64,000 nt of DNA. Source: Desulfosudaceae bacterium. Its GTDB lineage: Bacteria > Desulfobacterota > Desulfobacteria > Desulfobacterales > Desulfosudaceae. A program made the translations under genes and the position numbers. The stretch is taken from contig CAXXDV010000003.1 of the NCBI GenBank assembly GCA_963674745.2, positions 2,304,001 to 2,368,000 of the forward strand. The letters are read 5' to 3'. Shown here in pieces: positions 10,610 through 20,974 of this stretch; positions within the stretch are counted from its first letter, which is position 1, and each line of letters begins with the position of its first letter. Under the pieces are notes generated by a model. It made no database searches, was not told where the DNA came from, and saw only the letters and a program-made list of their open reading frames with translations.

Positions 10610-10815
10610 GTAGGGGCACGGCGTGCCGTGCCCTATCCGTTTTCGGGCAGGCACGGGGGCCTGCCCCTACATTATTCATGAACGCCCTCCACGGCCCGTA
10701 GGGGCAACCCCCTGTGGTTGCCCTATCCCCGTTTTCGGGCAGGCACGGGGGCCTGCCCCTACATTATTCATGAACGCCCTCCACGACCCGTAGGGGCAAC
10801 CCCCTGTGGTTGCCC
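10610..10815. repeat. Cluster of five GTAG-type REP palindromes with a repeated linker (BIME-like)
   Basis: Alternating GTAG-GGGC...GCCC and GGGC...GCCC-CTAC units; linker ATTATTCATGAACGCCCTCCACG repeated. Confidence 0.85.
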
Positions 10816-10817
10816 TT

Positions 10818-11246
10818 TTACCGAGCGGCCTCTTCAGCCGGTTTCTCTCCGACTTCCGGCGCTGCATCGCTCGGTTCCTGCTGTTCTTCTTGACTCAGCT
10901 CTTCCGTTTTCGGTTCTTCAGAGTCATCGAGAACGGCCAGGCGAGCCGTCAGGGCGTTGTTTTCATCCATCAAGGAAACGGCTTTATCCTTGATCTGTTC
11001 TAATTCGGTTTGCTGTTCCAGGCGCATTGACTTTTCATGGATATACAAACCGGCAAAACAAAGTGCCGCCAGGAGCAGGATCAACATCCCCACCCCCGTG
11101 GTAATGATATAACGCTGCAGATGATTTATCGTGATGGCCTCACCATATTGATCAAAAATCATCACCTGCCAGCTTCGCTTTAAACGGCTGGATTTGCCAG
11201 GGACCGCTCCCCCCCTCGGTTCTTGAATCGTCGACTGTTTATCCAT
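10818..11246 (-). CDS. Membrane-anchored coiled-coil hypothetical protein
   Basis: One TM segment, coiled coil and acidic tail; downstream of ruvB. Confidence 0.6.
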   Translation of the reverse strand: MDKQSTIQEPRGGAVPGKSSRLKRSWQVMIFDQYGEAITINHLQRYIITTGVGMLILLLAALCFAGLYIHEKSMRLEQQTELEQIKDKAVSLMDENNALTARLAVLDDSEEPKTEELSQEEQQEPSDAAPEVGEKPAEEAAR

Positions 11247-11294
11247 TATCCACCTTCGTAAAAGCCTATTGTTTTTTAATGATGCGCCCGGCCA

Positions 11295-12329
11295 TCAATC
11301 AGGCGCCGGGCAACCGAGATGGTCATATGTCAGCGGCGTCACTTTTCTTCCGGAAGATGTTCGCTGCAACAGTCCTTCAGCCAGCAGAAACGGTTCCACG
11401 ACATCCACCAGCGTATCGGTTTCTTCCTGCAAGGTGGCCGCAATGGCTTCAATGCCCACCGGACCGCCGTTGTAATAATTAATGATCGTCGTCAGGTAGG
11501 AACGATCCAGAGGGGTCAGCCCTTTTTCATCCACCCCCTCCAGGGCCAGGGCCGCGTCAACCACGGCCGTGTTCAGGTTTCCGTCGGCACATACCTGGGC
11601 ATAGTCCCTGACACGTTTTAACAGCCGATTGGCAATGCGTGGGGTTCCCCGGGAACGCCTTGCCAGGCTCAGGGCACTTTCGTCATTTATGGCGATATTC
11701 AATAATGACGCGGAACGATGAATGATTTTGACTAGATTGTCGATCGTGTAAAAATCAAACTTGCGGAAAATACCGAACCGGTCTCTTAACGGTGCCGACA
11801 ACAGCCCGACCCTTGTGGTCGCGCCGATAAGAACAAACTGGTTCAAACGAAACCGGTGGCTGCGGGCATGAAGCCCTTTGTCAAAAACAAAATCAATGGC
11901 AAAATCCTCCATGGCCGGATACAGCAATTCTTCTACCACTTTGGGCATGCGATGGATTTCGTCAACAAACAGAATCCCCCCCCGTTCCAGATGGGTCAGC
12001 ATCCCGATCAGATCACCGCCACGTTCCAGGGCGGGCCCGGAAGTAACGGTCAGGTCGGCACCGGTTTCCGCGGCAACAATGTGAGCCAGGGTTGTCTTTC
12101 CCAGCCCCGGAGGGCCGTGAAAAAGAACATGTTCCAGGGGTTCGTCCCGCTGGCCGGCCGCTTTTATGGCGATGCCCAGTGTTTCAACCGTTTCTTCCTG
12201 CCCGACGTACCCGGAAAAATCAGGCGGCCGAAGGGAAAGAATTTCCCTGTCCAGATCAGCTTCGGTATTTTCCCTGGTCAGTTCGCTTTCCCTGCCTGAG
12301 GAAAAAGTCAGAATTCCTTTGGCCATCAC
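11295..12329 (-). CDS. ruvB: Holliday junction branch-migration helicase RuvB
   Basis: LRP...[31 protein letters not shown]. Confidence 0.97.
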   Translation of the reverse strand: MMAKGILTFSSGRESELTRENTEADLDREILSLRPPDFSGYVGQEETVETLGIAIKAAGQRDEPLEHVLFHGPPGLGKTTLAHIVAAETGADLTVTSGPALERGGDLIGMLTHLERGGILFVDEIHRMPKVVEELLYPAMEDFAIDFVFDKGLHARSHRFRLNQFVLIGATTRVGLLSAPLRDRFGIFRKFDFYTIDNLVKIIHRSASLLNIAINDESALSLARRSRGTPRIANRLLKRVRDYAQVCADGNLNTAVVDAALALEGVDEKGLTPLDRSYLTTIINYYNGGPVGIEAIAATLQEETDTLVDVVEPFLLAEGLLQRTSSGRKVTPLTYDHLGCPAPD

Positions 12330-12338
12330 ATAAACCCG

Positions 12339-12950
12339 TCAGCGTGTTTTAAAAATCTCTTCGAACAGTTCCTCCGGCGTCGTAATGGCGCCGTTGCGCT
12401 GCAAAGCATCAGAAATCATCTGCCTTGCCTCTGTCATTTTATACCCCAACTGTCCGATCAGGACATTCAGCGTCTGTTCCGTAAAAGCCGGGGCACAGGC
12501 ATCGTCTCTGGTGGCAGTCGATTGTGTATCTCCTGCAAACCGGCCGACCTTGCCGTGAAGGGTGGCAATAATCTTCTGGGCGGTCCTGGCGCCGATCCCC
12601 TTAAGCTGTCCCAGGAGGGCGGCATTCTTTGCTTCAATGGCCGTCGCGATTTCACCGACCGGCAGGGTCAGGGCCTGGGCCGCCTTGAGCGGTCCGATCG
12701 CCTCCACGGATATCAGCAGTTTAAAAAAATCTTTTTCATCTTCGGAATTAAAACCGATCAACACCGGCGTCGGCTGTCGATCGGTCTGATGATGATATAC
12801 ATAGAAAAAAGCCGGATCACCTTCCGCCTTCCGGCTGATGGAATCCATAACCATGGCCGGCAGCAGCAACTCATAACCCACGTGACCGGCCAGAAGCAGT
12901 ATCCGGTCGGCCCGTTTTTTTAAAAGCACACCTTCAAGATAACCGATCAT
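12339..12950 (-). CDS. ruvA: Holliday junction DNA-binding protein RuvA
   Basis: MIGYLEG, VGYEL, two HhH motifs (IGPLKA, GIGARTA). Confidence 0.95.
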   Translation of the reverse strand: MIGYLEGVLLKKRADRILLLAGHVGYELLLPAMVMDSISRKAEGDPAFFYVYHHQTDRQPTPVLIGFNSEDEKDFFKLLISVEAIGPLKAAQALTLPVGEIATAIEAKNAALLGQLKGIGARTAQKIIATLHGKVGRFAGDTQSTATRDDACAPAFTEQTLNVLIGQLGYKMTEARQMISDALQRNGAITTPEELFEEIFKTR

Positions 12951-13419
12951 ACCTGAATAATCCTATAATCGCCAGTGCCAGGGCGTCTGAAGCGTGATCC
13001 GGGCGGATGGGTTCAGCATGGTTGACGATCCGGCGAACCGCCTCGGCCATCTGTTTTTTGCCGGCACGGCCGCTGCCGGTTATAATCTGTTTGGCCTCAC
13101 GGACCGTGACGCTGATGACATCGACACCCGCCCGGTATCCGGCCAGCAGAATGATACCGGTGACCTGTCCCAGTGTAATACCGGATGCCGGATATTCTTT
13201 TAATGAAAAAACGTCTTCCACGACCATAAGATCCGGACGTTCAGCAGCGACAAGATCGGTCAGACTTGAAAAAATATGGTTCAGCCGATGTGGCAGCGGC
13301 TGTTTGCTGGAAGTTTGAATCGTGCCGAATGAATAATGGCCTATCCCGTTTTTTTCTCCCTCCACGATGCCGACGCCCGTATCCGCCAGTCCGGGATCAA
13401 TGCCGAGTACTTTTAACAT
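12934..13419 (-). CDS. ruvC: Holliday junction resolvase RuvC
   Basis: VLGIDPGLADTG, GSGRAGK, DHASDALALA. Confidence 0.95.
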   Translation of the reverse strand: MLKVLGIDPGLADTGVGIVEGEKNGIGHYSFGTIQTSSKQPLPHRLNHIFSSLTDLVAAERPDLMVVEDVFSLKEYPASGITLGQVTGIILLAGYRAGVDVISVTVREAKQIITGSGRAGKKQMAEAVRRIVNHAEPIRPDHASDALALAIIGLFRYDRLS

Positions 13420-13427
13420 GATATCTT

Positions 13428-14258
13428 TTAAAGTTCTTTAAGCATCTGGTCGGCATTTTTGGCCTCCCGCGAATCGGGGAACGAACTGATCAGGCGTTTG
13501 AATATCAATCGGGCATTGATATCATCATTGATCTTATTAAAAGCCATTCCCTGCTTTAAAAGCGCTGCCGGCACCTTGTTGCCGTCGGGGAATGTATCAA
13601 CAACCTCCTGATATTTTAAAATGGCTTTCTCATACCGACCTTCCCGGTAGTATGTCTCGCCGATCCAGAAATAAGCATTGTCGGATTGACGCGATTCCGG
13701 ATACCGTTTCAGAAACTGCTCAAAGATACCCCGTGCTCCGGAATAATCTCCTTTGTCAAACAACTCACGTCCGGATTCATAAAAAGAGGTTTCATCCACA
13801 GCCGTCTCATCCGATCGCGCTTCTTCGTCCTGGTTTTCAACCGCACCGGTTGTCACCTCCGGTAAAGCAGCATTGACAGGCGCTTCTTTTGTCGCCGGCA
13901 GATCGGTCGTTTGCTTCGGGGCCGCCGCAGCGGCTTTTTCCTGCTGCCGCCGCCAGTTCTCAAATTCCTGAAGATGACATTCCAGGGAATACGCCGTCTG
14001 TTCCTGTTCACCGCGAACAGACTGCACCTCACTTCTGATGCCGTTCAAAACAGATTTTACCTCGGCGTATTCCTTCCTCAGTTCATCATGCCTGTTATCG
14101 GTCTCTTTCTTTAAATTTTCCAGCTCCGCCTCAAGAATATGGCATTGTCTTTCCAGGCGGTCCACAGGTGATTCGCCCGGTCTGACAAAATCCAGAAAAC
14201 GGCAGCCGGACCCGAAAAGAACAGCAACTGTAAGTAATATCAGTAATTGTTTCTTCAT
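13428..14258 (-). CDS. cpoB: Tol-Pal associated protein CpoB/YbgF (lipoprotein)
   Basis: Lipobox, coiled coil, TPR domain (SDNAYFWIGETYY, KVPAALLK); next to pal. Confidence 0.9.
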   Translation of the reverse strand: MKKQLLILLTVAVLFGSGCRFLDFVRPGESPVDRLERQCHILEAELENLKKETDNRHDELRKEYAEVKSVLNGIRSEVQSVRGEQEQTAYSLECHLQEFENWRRQQEKAAAAAPKQTTDLPATKEAPVNAALPEVTTGAVENQDEEARSDETAVDETSFYESGRELFDKGDYSGARGIFEQFLKRYPESRQSDNAYFWIGETYYREGRYEKAILKYQEVVDTFPDGNKVPAALLKQGMAFNKINDDINARLIFKRLISSFPDSREAKNADQMLKEL

Positions 14259-14466
14259 AGGTATTTACCGAATAACAGATGGGTTACTGTTGAAATCGAA
14301 ATCCATCATCGTAAAAAGCAGGTTATGATGATAGAAACAGCCGCCGCCCGATCAGATGCATTACGCATGACCGGGCAACGGCTGCAACCTTTGATTCGCA
14401 CAAAACGATCAGGCCCGGGGGCTTATTTCCGCTTTGTCTTTATTTATAAACAGGTAAAGTGCCGGA

Positions 14467-15003
14467 CTAGCGGACAACGAAATGCGCCCGTCTGTTCTTT
14501 GCCCAGGCACTTTCATTATGACGCGGATCAAGGGGCTGTTCTTCACCGTAACTGACCGTTCTCAAGCGGGAGCCGCTGATACCCAGGTCAACCAGGAAAT
14601 CCCTGGCGCTGTTGGCACGCCTTTCGCCCAGAGCGATATTGTAATCGGCAGTTCCACGTTCGTCACAATGGCCCTCTATGGTCACCGCTTTTCCGGAATT
14701 ATTTCTCAGCCAGGCGGCTTTCCGCTCAAGGATGCTGCGCGCCGCCGGGGTCAGGACGGATTGATCAAAATCAAAAAGAACATCTTCGTTCACAAACGCA
14801 TCCTCGGCCCTCTGCATTTCATCCTGGATGGCTCTGTCTTCCGTGGTTCCCGTCATCGAGGAGCTGTCCCCTCCGGACGAGCTTACGCCGGTCGTATTCT
14901 GGTCGTCGGTTCCGGGTTTAATTTCCTTGGTGCATGATACCGTGAAAATCAACCCGCACACGACCATCCCCGCGATAAGAACCATCAAACATTTCCTTGC
15001 CAT
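14467..15003 (-). CDS. pal: Peptidoglycan-associated lipoprotein
   Basis: [34 protein letters not shown]. Confidence 0.96.
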   Translation of the reverse strand: MARKCLMVLIAGMVVCGLIFTVSCTKEIKPGTDDQNTTGVSSSGGDSSSMTGTTEDRAIQDEMQRAEDAFVNEDVLFDFDQSVLTPAARSILERKAAWLRNNSGKAVTIEGHCDERGTADYNIALGERRANSARDFLVDLGISGSRLRTVSYGEEQPLDPRHNESAWAKNRRAHFVVR

Positions 15004-15047
15004 GTTAGCCTCCTCAATTGTTGTTTACTAAAACTGTTTTTTTGTTT

Positions 15048-16376
15048 TTATTTGCCGGCTGTTATGCCGCGTGACCATTCCGGTGTCGTCTGCTCTCCGG
15101 GAAGCGTCAGTAACCGTTTCTGGTCGGTTCCGGCAACAGTCATCACGAAAATTCTTGCCTTTCCACCGTCACGTGTTGAACTGAATGCAATCAGGCTCCC
15201 GTCTGGGGACCAGGACGGCGACTCACAATCACCCTGTTTTTCAGTCAGTTGAACACATTTTTTTGTATGGACATCAACCACTTTAATTTCAAAACAGCCG
15301 TCTTCCAGGGAGCTGTAGGCGATTTTATCCTCCACCGGGCTCCATTCGGGTGTTGTATTGTATCTACCCTCAAAAGTCAACCTTTCAGTATGTCCGGAAG
15401 CAAGATCCATCATATAAATCTGGGGCGTACCTCCCCGTTTGGATACAAAGGCCATTCTGTTCCCGTCAGACGAAAAGGTCGGGGAAACGTCTATGTCCCA
15501 GGTTTTGGTCAGTTGCCTGATGATTGTTCCTTTTCCCGTCATCAGGTAAATTTCCTGATCACCGGAAAAAGACAGGCTGGCCGCCAGTTCAAAACGGTCG
15601 GGACGCCAGGCAGGAGAAATATTCACACCCTGGCGGTCAAAAACAACACCCTGATTGTCTGAAAGGTTCTGAATATAAAGATCCGGCTTCCCTTTTCGAT
15701 ATGACGTATAGGCCAGCCATTTTCCATCCGAAGACCAGGCCGGAGAAAGATCGATCACCTTGTTATTTGTAATCCGGCTGGGATTATAACCGTCAAACTC
15801 GCAGGTCCAAATTTCCTTGTTGCCGGAACCATTTGAGACAAAAGCGATGCGGCTTTCAAAAATCCCTCTGCTGCCGGTAAGCTGTTCCATGACTTCACTG
15901 CAAAACCGCCGCACTATTTTCCGCAGATCGTCGACTTGTCCTTTGTATCGTTTGCCGATCAACATCTGGTTTTTAAAAACATCGATCAGACGCATCTCAA
16001 AAACAACAACATCCTTGTTCAGGGTGACACCGCCGGTCACCAGGAATTCGGCGCCGATATCCGACCAGTTTTTTAAATTGATATCCGTCAGGCCGATACC
16101 GGTTTCCTTTGGTTGTTCCAGAAACGCGGCCCGATCGATTATTTTGAAATAGCGTGTGAATTCAAGCGTCTCTGCCAAAAGATCGGCCGCTTCCAGGCAG
16201 ATTCCGGCCTCTTTTGATGAGCCGGAAAAAGACTTGAATTCAGGTACGGCCACAGGAATTTTCCGTAAAAACGGGTTGCTGATGGTTATGGTATCATAAT
16301 CCGCTGACGCACCAGTCGGCATCAACAGGCAAAACACAAAAAAAAACAAGATCAGTCGCTGTGACGTATAAGCCAT
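15048..16376 (-). CDS. tolB: TolB beta-propeller protein
   Basis: PD40 repeats (SPAWSSDG, SPTFSSDG, SPSWSPDG). Confidence 0.95.
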   Translation of the reverse strand: MAYTSQRLILFFFVFCLLMPTGASADYDTITISNPFLRKIPVAVPEFKSFSGSSKEAGICLEAADLLAETLEFTRYFKIIDRAAFLEQPKETGIGLTDINLKNWSDIGAEFLVTGGVTLNKDVVVFEMRLIDVFKNQMLIGKRYKGQVDDLRKIVRRFCSEVMEQLTGSRGIFESRIAFVSNGSGNKEIWTCEFDGYNPSRITNNKVIDLSPAWSSDGKWLAYTSYRKGKPDLYIQNLSDNQGVVFDRQGVNISPAWRPDRFELAASLSFSGDQEIYLMTGKGTIIRQLTKTWDIDVSPTFSSDGNRMAFVSKRGGTPQIYMMDLASGHTERLTFEGRYNTTPEWSPVEDKIAYSSLEDGCFEIKVVDVHTKKCVQLTEKQGDCESPSWSPDGSLIAFSSTRDGGKARIFVMTVAGTDQKRLLTLPGEQTTPEWSRGITAGK

Positions 16377-16415
16377 ACAAAACCTGCCTGACCCGGAAAT
16401 TCCGGGGTAATGTTG

Positions 16416-17306
16416 TCATCTCAAATCTGAAGAGTCAAATTCCAGTTTCACGGTGTATGATTTGTAACCTTCGGGCAGGGCCGGTAACGGATTGGCTTTT
16501 ATTACCGCCTTGTGCGCCGAATTGTCAGCATAATCATTGCCCGACCGCCGGTCAAACCAGGTATCGGTGATGCGTCCGTCAGCGGCAATGGTGATACCGA
16601 TAACCGGCCTTAACGCCGCCTCTGTACCGGCCAGTTGACTGGAAAAAACCCAGTTTCTCAAAACATGATACCGGATTTCAAGCTTATAAATTTCAATCGC
16701 CTCTAATTGCCGCCTGGAGCGGCCGTTGCCCCCTCCCCCACCGCTGCCGGAAACCGTTACCGACTGTTGTTTGGCTGCTTCCGCCTGCCTTAAACGGGAC
16801 AGGGCGTTATCCAGGGAATCATCCGGCGCTTTCCGGTCGACCTTCTTTTCCAGGCGGGCAATGGCATTTTCGACGCTCTGCCCGGGATCAAAGGTTTTCT
16901 TTTTTAAAGACGTTTTTACCTTCTGGCTTATTTTTTTCATCGGGGTAACTTTGCGGGGGGCAACGGCCACGGCTTTTTTGACCGGCGGTGACGGGACGGC
17001 TACCGGTTCGGACCGGTCAATCTTTTCAGGGCGTCCACCAGGGTCTGCGGCATCCGGCAATGAAACAAGATCCACGTCGATCACACGGTCAGACAGCGTC
17101 CGTCGTCCGCAGCCGTTGAACCCGGACACCATTATCAGACAGACCATGATAATGATATGAAACCCGAGGGAAATGCCCATGTAAGCCAGAAAGGAACTGT
17201 TTTCCCGGGGATCCTGTCGTAGCAGAGAATGTTCAAAAACCATAATCGTGTCTTGTCGTATCTTACGGCTGAAACAGATCTTCAGCCGGTAAAACCGATT
17301 TTTCAA
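16416..17306 (-). CDS. tolA: TolA/TonB-like protein (true start may be ~17243)
   Basis: TM helix with SxxxH motif, K/P-rich linker, TonB-C-like end (SGNDYADNSA..AV..ANPLPALP). Confidence 0.85.
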   Translation of the reverse strand: MKNRFYRLKICFSRKIRQDTIMVFEHSLLRQDPRENSSFLAYMGISLGFHIIIMVCLIMVSGFNGCGRRTLSDRVIDVDLVSLPDAADPGGRPEKIDRSEPVAVPSPPVKKAVAVAPRKVTPMKKISQKVKTSLKKKTFDPGQSVENAIARLEKKVDRKAPDDSLDNALSRLRQAEAAKQQSVTVSGSGGGGGNGRSRRQLEAIEIYKLEIRYHVLRNWVFSSQLAGTEAALRPVIGITIAADGRITDTWFDRRSGNDYADNSAHKAVIKANPLPALPEGYKSYTVKLEFDSSDLR

Positions 17307-17328
17307 CCGGAATTTTCCATAACCGGTA

Positions 17329-17751
17329 TCAATCCTTCCGACTGTTTTCTTCCGGCCGGGTCAGCATGCCCAGTTTTTCCACCCCGGCGCCCTTTATTTC
17401 GGACATCACACTGACGACAAAACCGTAGGAGACATCCTTGTCCGCCTTTAAAAACACCCGGCGATCGGACCGGTTTTCCATAATCGCAGCCAGCTTTTCC
17501 CGTAAAAAAGAGAATTCGACCTTTACGGTATTGATGTAAACCCCGCGGTCCCGGTCCACGGATATGATCAGTCGGTCCTCTTCACCGGTCGGGACGGGGG
17601 CAGCCGCGGTCTCGGGTAATGATACATCCACCCCGTGAATCATCATGGGTGCCGTGACCATGAAAATAATCAGCAGGACAAGCATGACATCCACCAGGGG
17701 CGTCACATTGATTTCCGACATCAAACGGTCATCTCGGGGTTCCGGCGTCAT
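17329..17751 (-). CDS. tolR: TolR
   Basis: SEINVTPLVDVMLVLLIIFMVTAP. Confidence 0.95.
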   Translation of the reverse strand: MTPEPRDDRLMSEINVTPLVDVMLVLLIIFMVTAPMMIHGVDVSLPETAAAPVPTGEEDRLIISVDRDRGVYINTVKVEFSFLREKLAAIMENRSDRRVFLKADKDVSYGFVVSVMSEIKGAGVEKLGMLTRPEENSRKD

Positions 17752-18449
17752 TATTCTTCCTCCACCGATCTGGGACGCCGTAATTGCCGTTCGACAATAT
17801 TGAGAAAATCAGCCGAAAAATTCCGCATCTCACTATCTACGATGCGAATTTTCTGGGTGAAATAATTATAAGCCACAACCGCCGGGATAGCTGCCGCCAG
17901 CCCGGCCGCGGTCGCGACCAGCGCCTCGGAGATCCCCGGCGCGACCACCGCCAGGCTGGCGGATCCGCGCGCCCCGATACCGTGAAAGGCGTTCATGATG
18001 CCCCAGACCGTTCCGAACAGCCCGATAAAAGGCGTGGTGTTGCCGGTGGTGGCCAGAAACGGCACCAGCTGATTCAGCTTGTTCACTTCCGCGCTGACGC
18101 TGCGCTGAAGGGTCCGTTCGATACTCTTAATGGCCGGAATTTCAAACCCCTGGGCGTCGCCTTCCGATGTGCTAAACCGTTTAAACTCCACATAACCGGC
18201 CCGGAACACCCTGGCCACCGGCGACGCCCGAAGCGTTTTGGTCTGAGCGAAAGCTTCTGAGAAATCCCGTTTCTTCCAGAAAAAATCGGTAAAAGCCAGC
18301 GATTCGGACAGCGCCCTGCGAATATATCGATACTTGATAAACATGATCGCCCATGATGTCACTGAAAAAAACAGCAGTGTCAGCAGGACAAGCTGAACCA
18401 TGAAACCGGCATTAAAAACCATCTGCATTATATCAACACTTTTGAACAC
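17751..18449 (-). CDS. tolQ: TolQ
   Basis: TPFIGLFGTVWGIM, APGISEALVATAAGL; GTG start after AAGGAG. Confidence 0.95.
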   Translation of the reverse strand: MFKSVDIMQMVFNAGFMVQLVLLTLLFFSVTSWAIMFIKYRYIRRALSESLAFTDFFWKKRDFSEAFAQTKTLRASPVARVFRAGYVEFKRFSTSEGDAQGFEIPAIKSIERTLQRSVSAEVNKLNQLVPFLATTGNTTPFIGLFGTVWGIMNAFHGIGARGSASLAVVAPGISEALVATAAGLAAAIPAVVAYNYFTQKIRIVDSEMRNFSADFLNIVERQLRRPRSVEEE

Positions 18450-18734
18450 TGTCTTTTCTCCTTGTCGTATATTATGGGGGGACAAGACCATGAGGATCTT
18501 CCGGCCGGATACCGTATGTCTTATCTAATATGGATCCTTAATATCAGCCCTCAATGCTGTCATTACCGGACATTATCATATTTGCTGGGTTTAATCCAGC
18601 CCCGGAAAGTCCATCTGTTTTCGAGATGCTTTTTAGAGTTGACTGTAACTACTGAATTGCATTAAATAATTACGCATATGGATTTCAACACGGAAAGCGG
18701 GAATCAAAATAATATTAGGCCGGTGGGATAAGAT

Positions 18735-19832
18735 ATGCCAGCGTTAAATCACCATCGGAAGTTTAAATTCTGCCACAAAACATTTCTTTTCTTCGGCGCA
18801 GTGGTCTTGACACTTGCTCTTCTGGAAGCTGGTTTTCGGATAGCTCGAATCAACGGTGATTATCACCAGGCACGTGTTGACCGTGTGGTTCCGATTAAGG
18901 AATTGGTCAGACGCGCGCCTTTCGGATTTTATACAAACACAGCTGTTATCAGCCGTTACGATTCCAATCCAAGAGGATACTTTGGGCCTGGCAATACCAT
19001 TATCCACAGGCATAACTCCGTTGGTTGGCGCGATGACGAGCACGCTCTGGACAAACCAGACGGTACATTTCGCATTCTTGGTCTGGGTGATAGCTATCTT
19101 TGGGGCCAGGGTGTCAAATTCGAAGACATCTGCTTGACGAAACTCCGATTTCTTCTTCAGAAAACCATGCCGGACAAAACCATTGAAACGATCAATGCCG
19201 GAATAAGCGGCTTCAATACAGCTGACGAGTTGCAACAGTTAAAAAGGTCAGGGCTTGCTTATTATCCGGACCTGATCATTCTTCATTTTACTTTAAACGA
19301 TGTTGAAGATGATCTTTACCGAGAGGGCCCAAAAGTTGAGTTTTTCAATAACTATACATACATTTATCAATCCCCTGACTGGTTCTCCAGGATCTCTTAT
19401 GTCTGGAGCTGGAGCCGTTATCGCATTCTAAAATACACGCTCGCCGAACGATATATTCAAGAATGTGTTGACAGTTTTAATACAGACAGCATCGGATGGC
19501 GACATTGCCAACAAGCGTTGAACGATTTACGGATGATCTGCAAAGAGAATGATATTCCACTATGTGTAGTTATATTCCCATTTTTCATAGGGCTTGACGG
19601 CGGCTATCCCTTTCAGCCTGTCCATGAAATTGTGGCGGAATACTGTCAGTCACTGGGGATTCCCGTACTTGATCTTCGAAGGTACTATAAAGAATTTCGA
19701 GGGCCGGAATTGTGGGTCCACCCTACTGATCAACATCCAAATGAAATTGCCCATGACATTGCCGCTCATGCGATTGCGGACTATTTGAAGGCGAATGCAA
19801 CCGATCTTTTGATTACCACCAGTAAAAAATGA
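18735..19832 (+). CDS. SGNH/GDSL hydrolase family protein, membrane-anchored
   Basis: RILGLGDSY, INAGISG, LND, DQHPN. Confidence 0.85.
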   Translation: MPALNHHRKFKFCHKTFLFFGAVVLTLALLEAGFRIARINGDYHQARVDRVVPIKELVRRAPFGFYTNTAVISRYDSNPRGYFGPGNTIIHRHNSVGWRDDEHALDKPDGTFRILGLGDSYLWGQGVKFEDICLTKLRFLLQKTMPDKTIETINAGISGFNTADELQQLKRSGLAYYPDLIILHFTLNDVEDDLYREGPKVEFFNNYTYIYQSPDWFSRISYVWSWSRYRILKYTLAERYIQECVDSFNTDSIGWRHCQQALNDLRMICKENDIPLCVVIFPFFIGLDGGYPFQPVHEIVAEYCQSLGIPVLDLRRYYKEFRGPELWVHPTDQHPNEIAHDIAAHAIADYLKANATDLLITTSKK

Positions 19833-20077
19833 AACAACAACTACGAAGCTGGGCTTTTAAGTGGTTGCAAGCGACAACGGATTCAGACGCCACCCGGAAG
19901 ACCTTCATCAAAACGATCAGCAACCCCCTAACTTTGTGCAGATGGCCGATAGAGAAAACTCAGGAGGAATCACCCGGATTGACAGCCGGGACCGGTACTG
20001 TTATAAATAGTGACAAATAAAATGTTCCTGATTCTTTTTTATCCAAAAATAAACCATATCTAAAAATGAGGTAGACC

Positions 20078-20935
20078 ATGGAAACCCGTCAACTCATCGA
20101 CATGTTAAACAGGGATCTGGCGGATGAACACGCCGCCATTCTGCGTTATCTTATTCACAGCTACCTGGAAGGGGAAGACACGCCCATCGGCGCCAAACTG
20201 CTTTCACGGGCCCGGGAGGAAATGTGGCACATGCACTGGCTGGGGATGATCGTCGGCGCCTTCGGGGGTGAACCGGACATGAATCCGGCCGACTACCCCC
20301 ACGACCCCACCAACCGGAAAACCATTCTGGAATCCTACGTGGCCTACGAAAAGAAACTGGTTCCCCATTATGAAAAAGAAGCCCAAACAGTTGACGATCC
20401 GCACATCAAGCGGGTGCTGCTGCGGGAAGCCTGGGAGTCCGCCATGCACGCCGAAAAATTCCAGAAAATGATCGACAAACTCTCCTCCGAAGAAGCCGCC
20501 GGCCTTCCCGGAGAAGACAACGAGCTGACCGAAGACCTGGCCGGACGGCTGCAGCAGAGCGTGGCCACGAAATACCGGCAGATGCTGCAGACCCTCCGTG
20601 ACGCCTGGGTTTTTCAGGAACAGGGCCTGGGTGCCTGGCAGCGAATGGATTTTTCCATGACCAAAATGAAACAGCTGGCCCACAGTGCCGAGGAAGTGGC
20701 GGAAAACGGCATCGCCCCGGATTTTTCCGGCACCATCGCCGATCTGCCGGATACGTTCAAAGCCGTCCTGGAAAAAGCCGTCAAGGACCTGGAGACCTCT
20801 CTGGCGTTACATAACGACATCCGCAACAATGCCGAGGCGCAGAAGCACGGAGGCTTGATGTCCAACCTGGACCTGACCGTTCGCCAGGAGCAATACGAAA
20901 TAGACGAACTGCGAGACATTCGGAAAAAAGACTAA
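20078..20935 (+). CDS. Ferritin-like protein with two tandem domains
   Basis: LNRDLADEHAAI, EEMWH, YEKK, ESAMH in domain 1; degenerate second repeat. Confidence 0.75.
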   Translation: METRQLIDMLNRDLADEHAAILRYLIHSYLEGEDTPIGAKLLSRAREEMWHMHWLGMIVGAFGGEPDMNPADYPHDPTNRKTILESYVAYEKKLVPHYEKEAQTVDDPHIKRVLLREAWESAMHAEKFQKMIDKLSSEEAAGLPGEDNELTEDLAGRLQQSVATKYRQMLQTLRDAWVFQEQGLGAWQRMDFSMTKMKQLAHSAEEVAENGIAPDFSGTIADLPDTFKAVLEKAVKDLETSLALHNDIRNNAEAQKHGGLMSNLDLTVRQEQYEIDELRDIRKKD

Positions 20936-20974
20936 AGGGTCATCATAAAGAAGGCTTCGGCCGCTCCCGGAACT

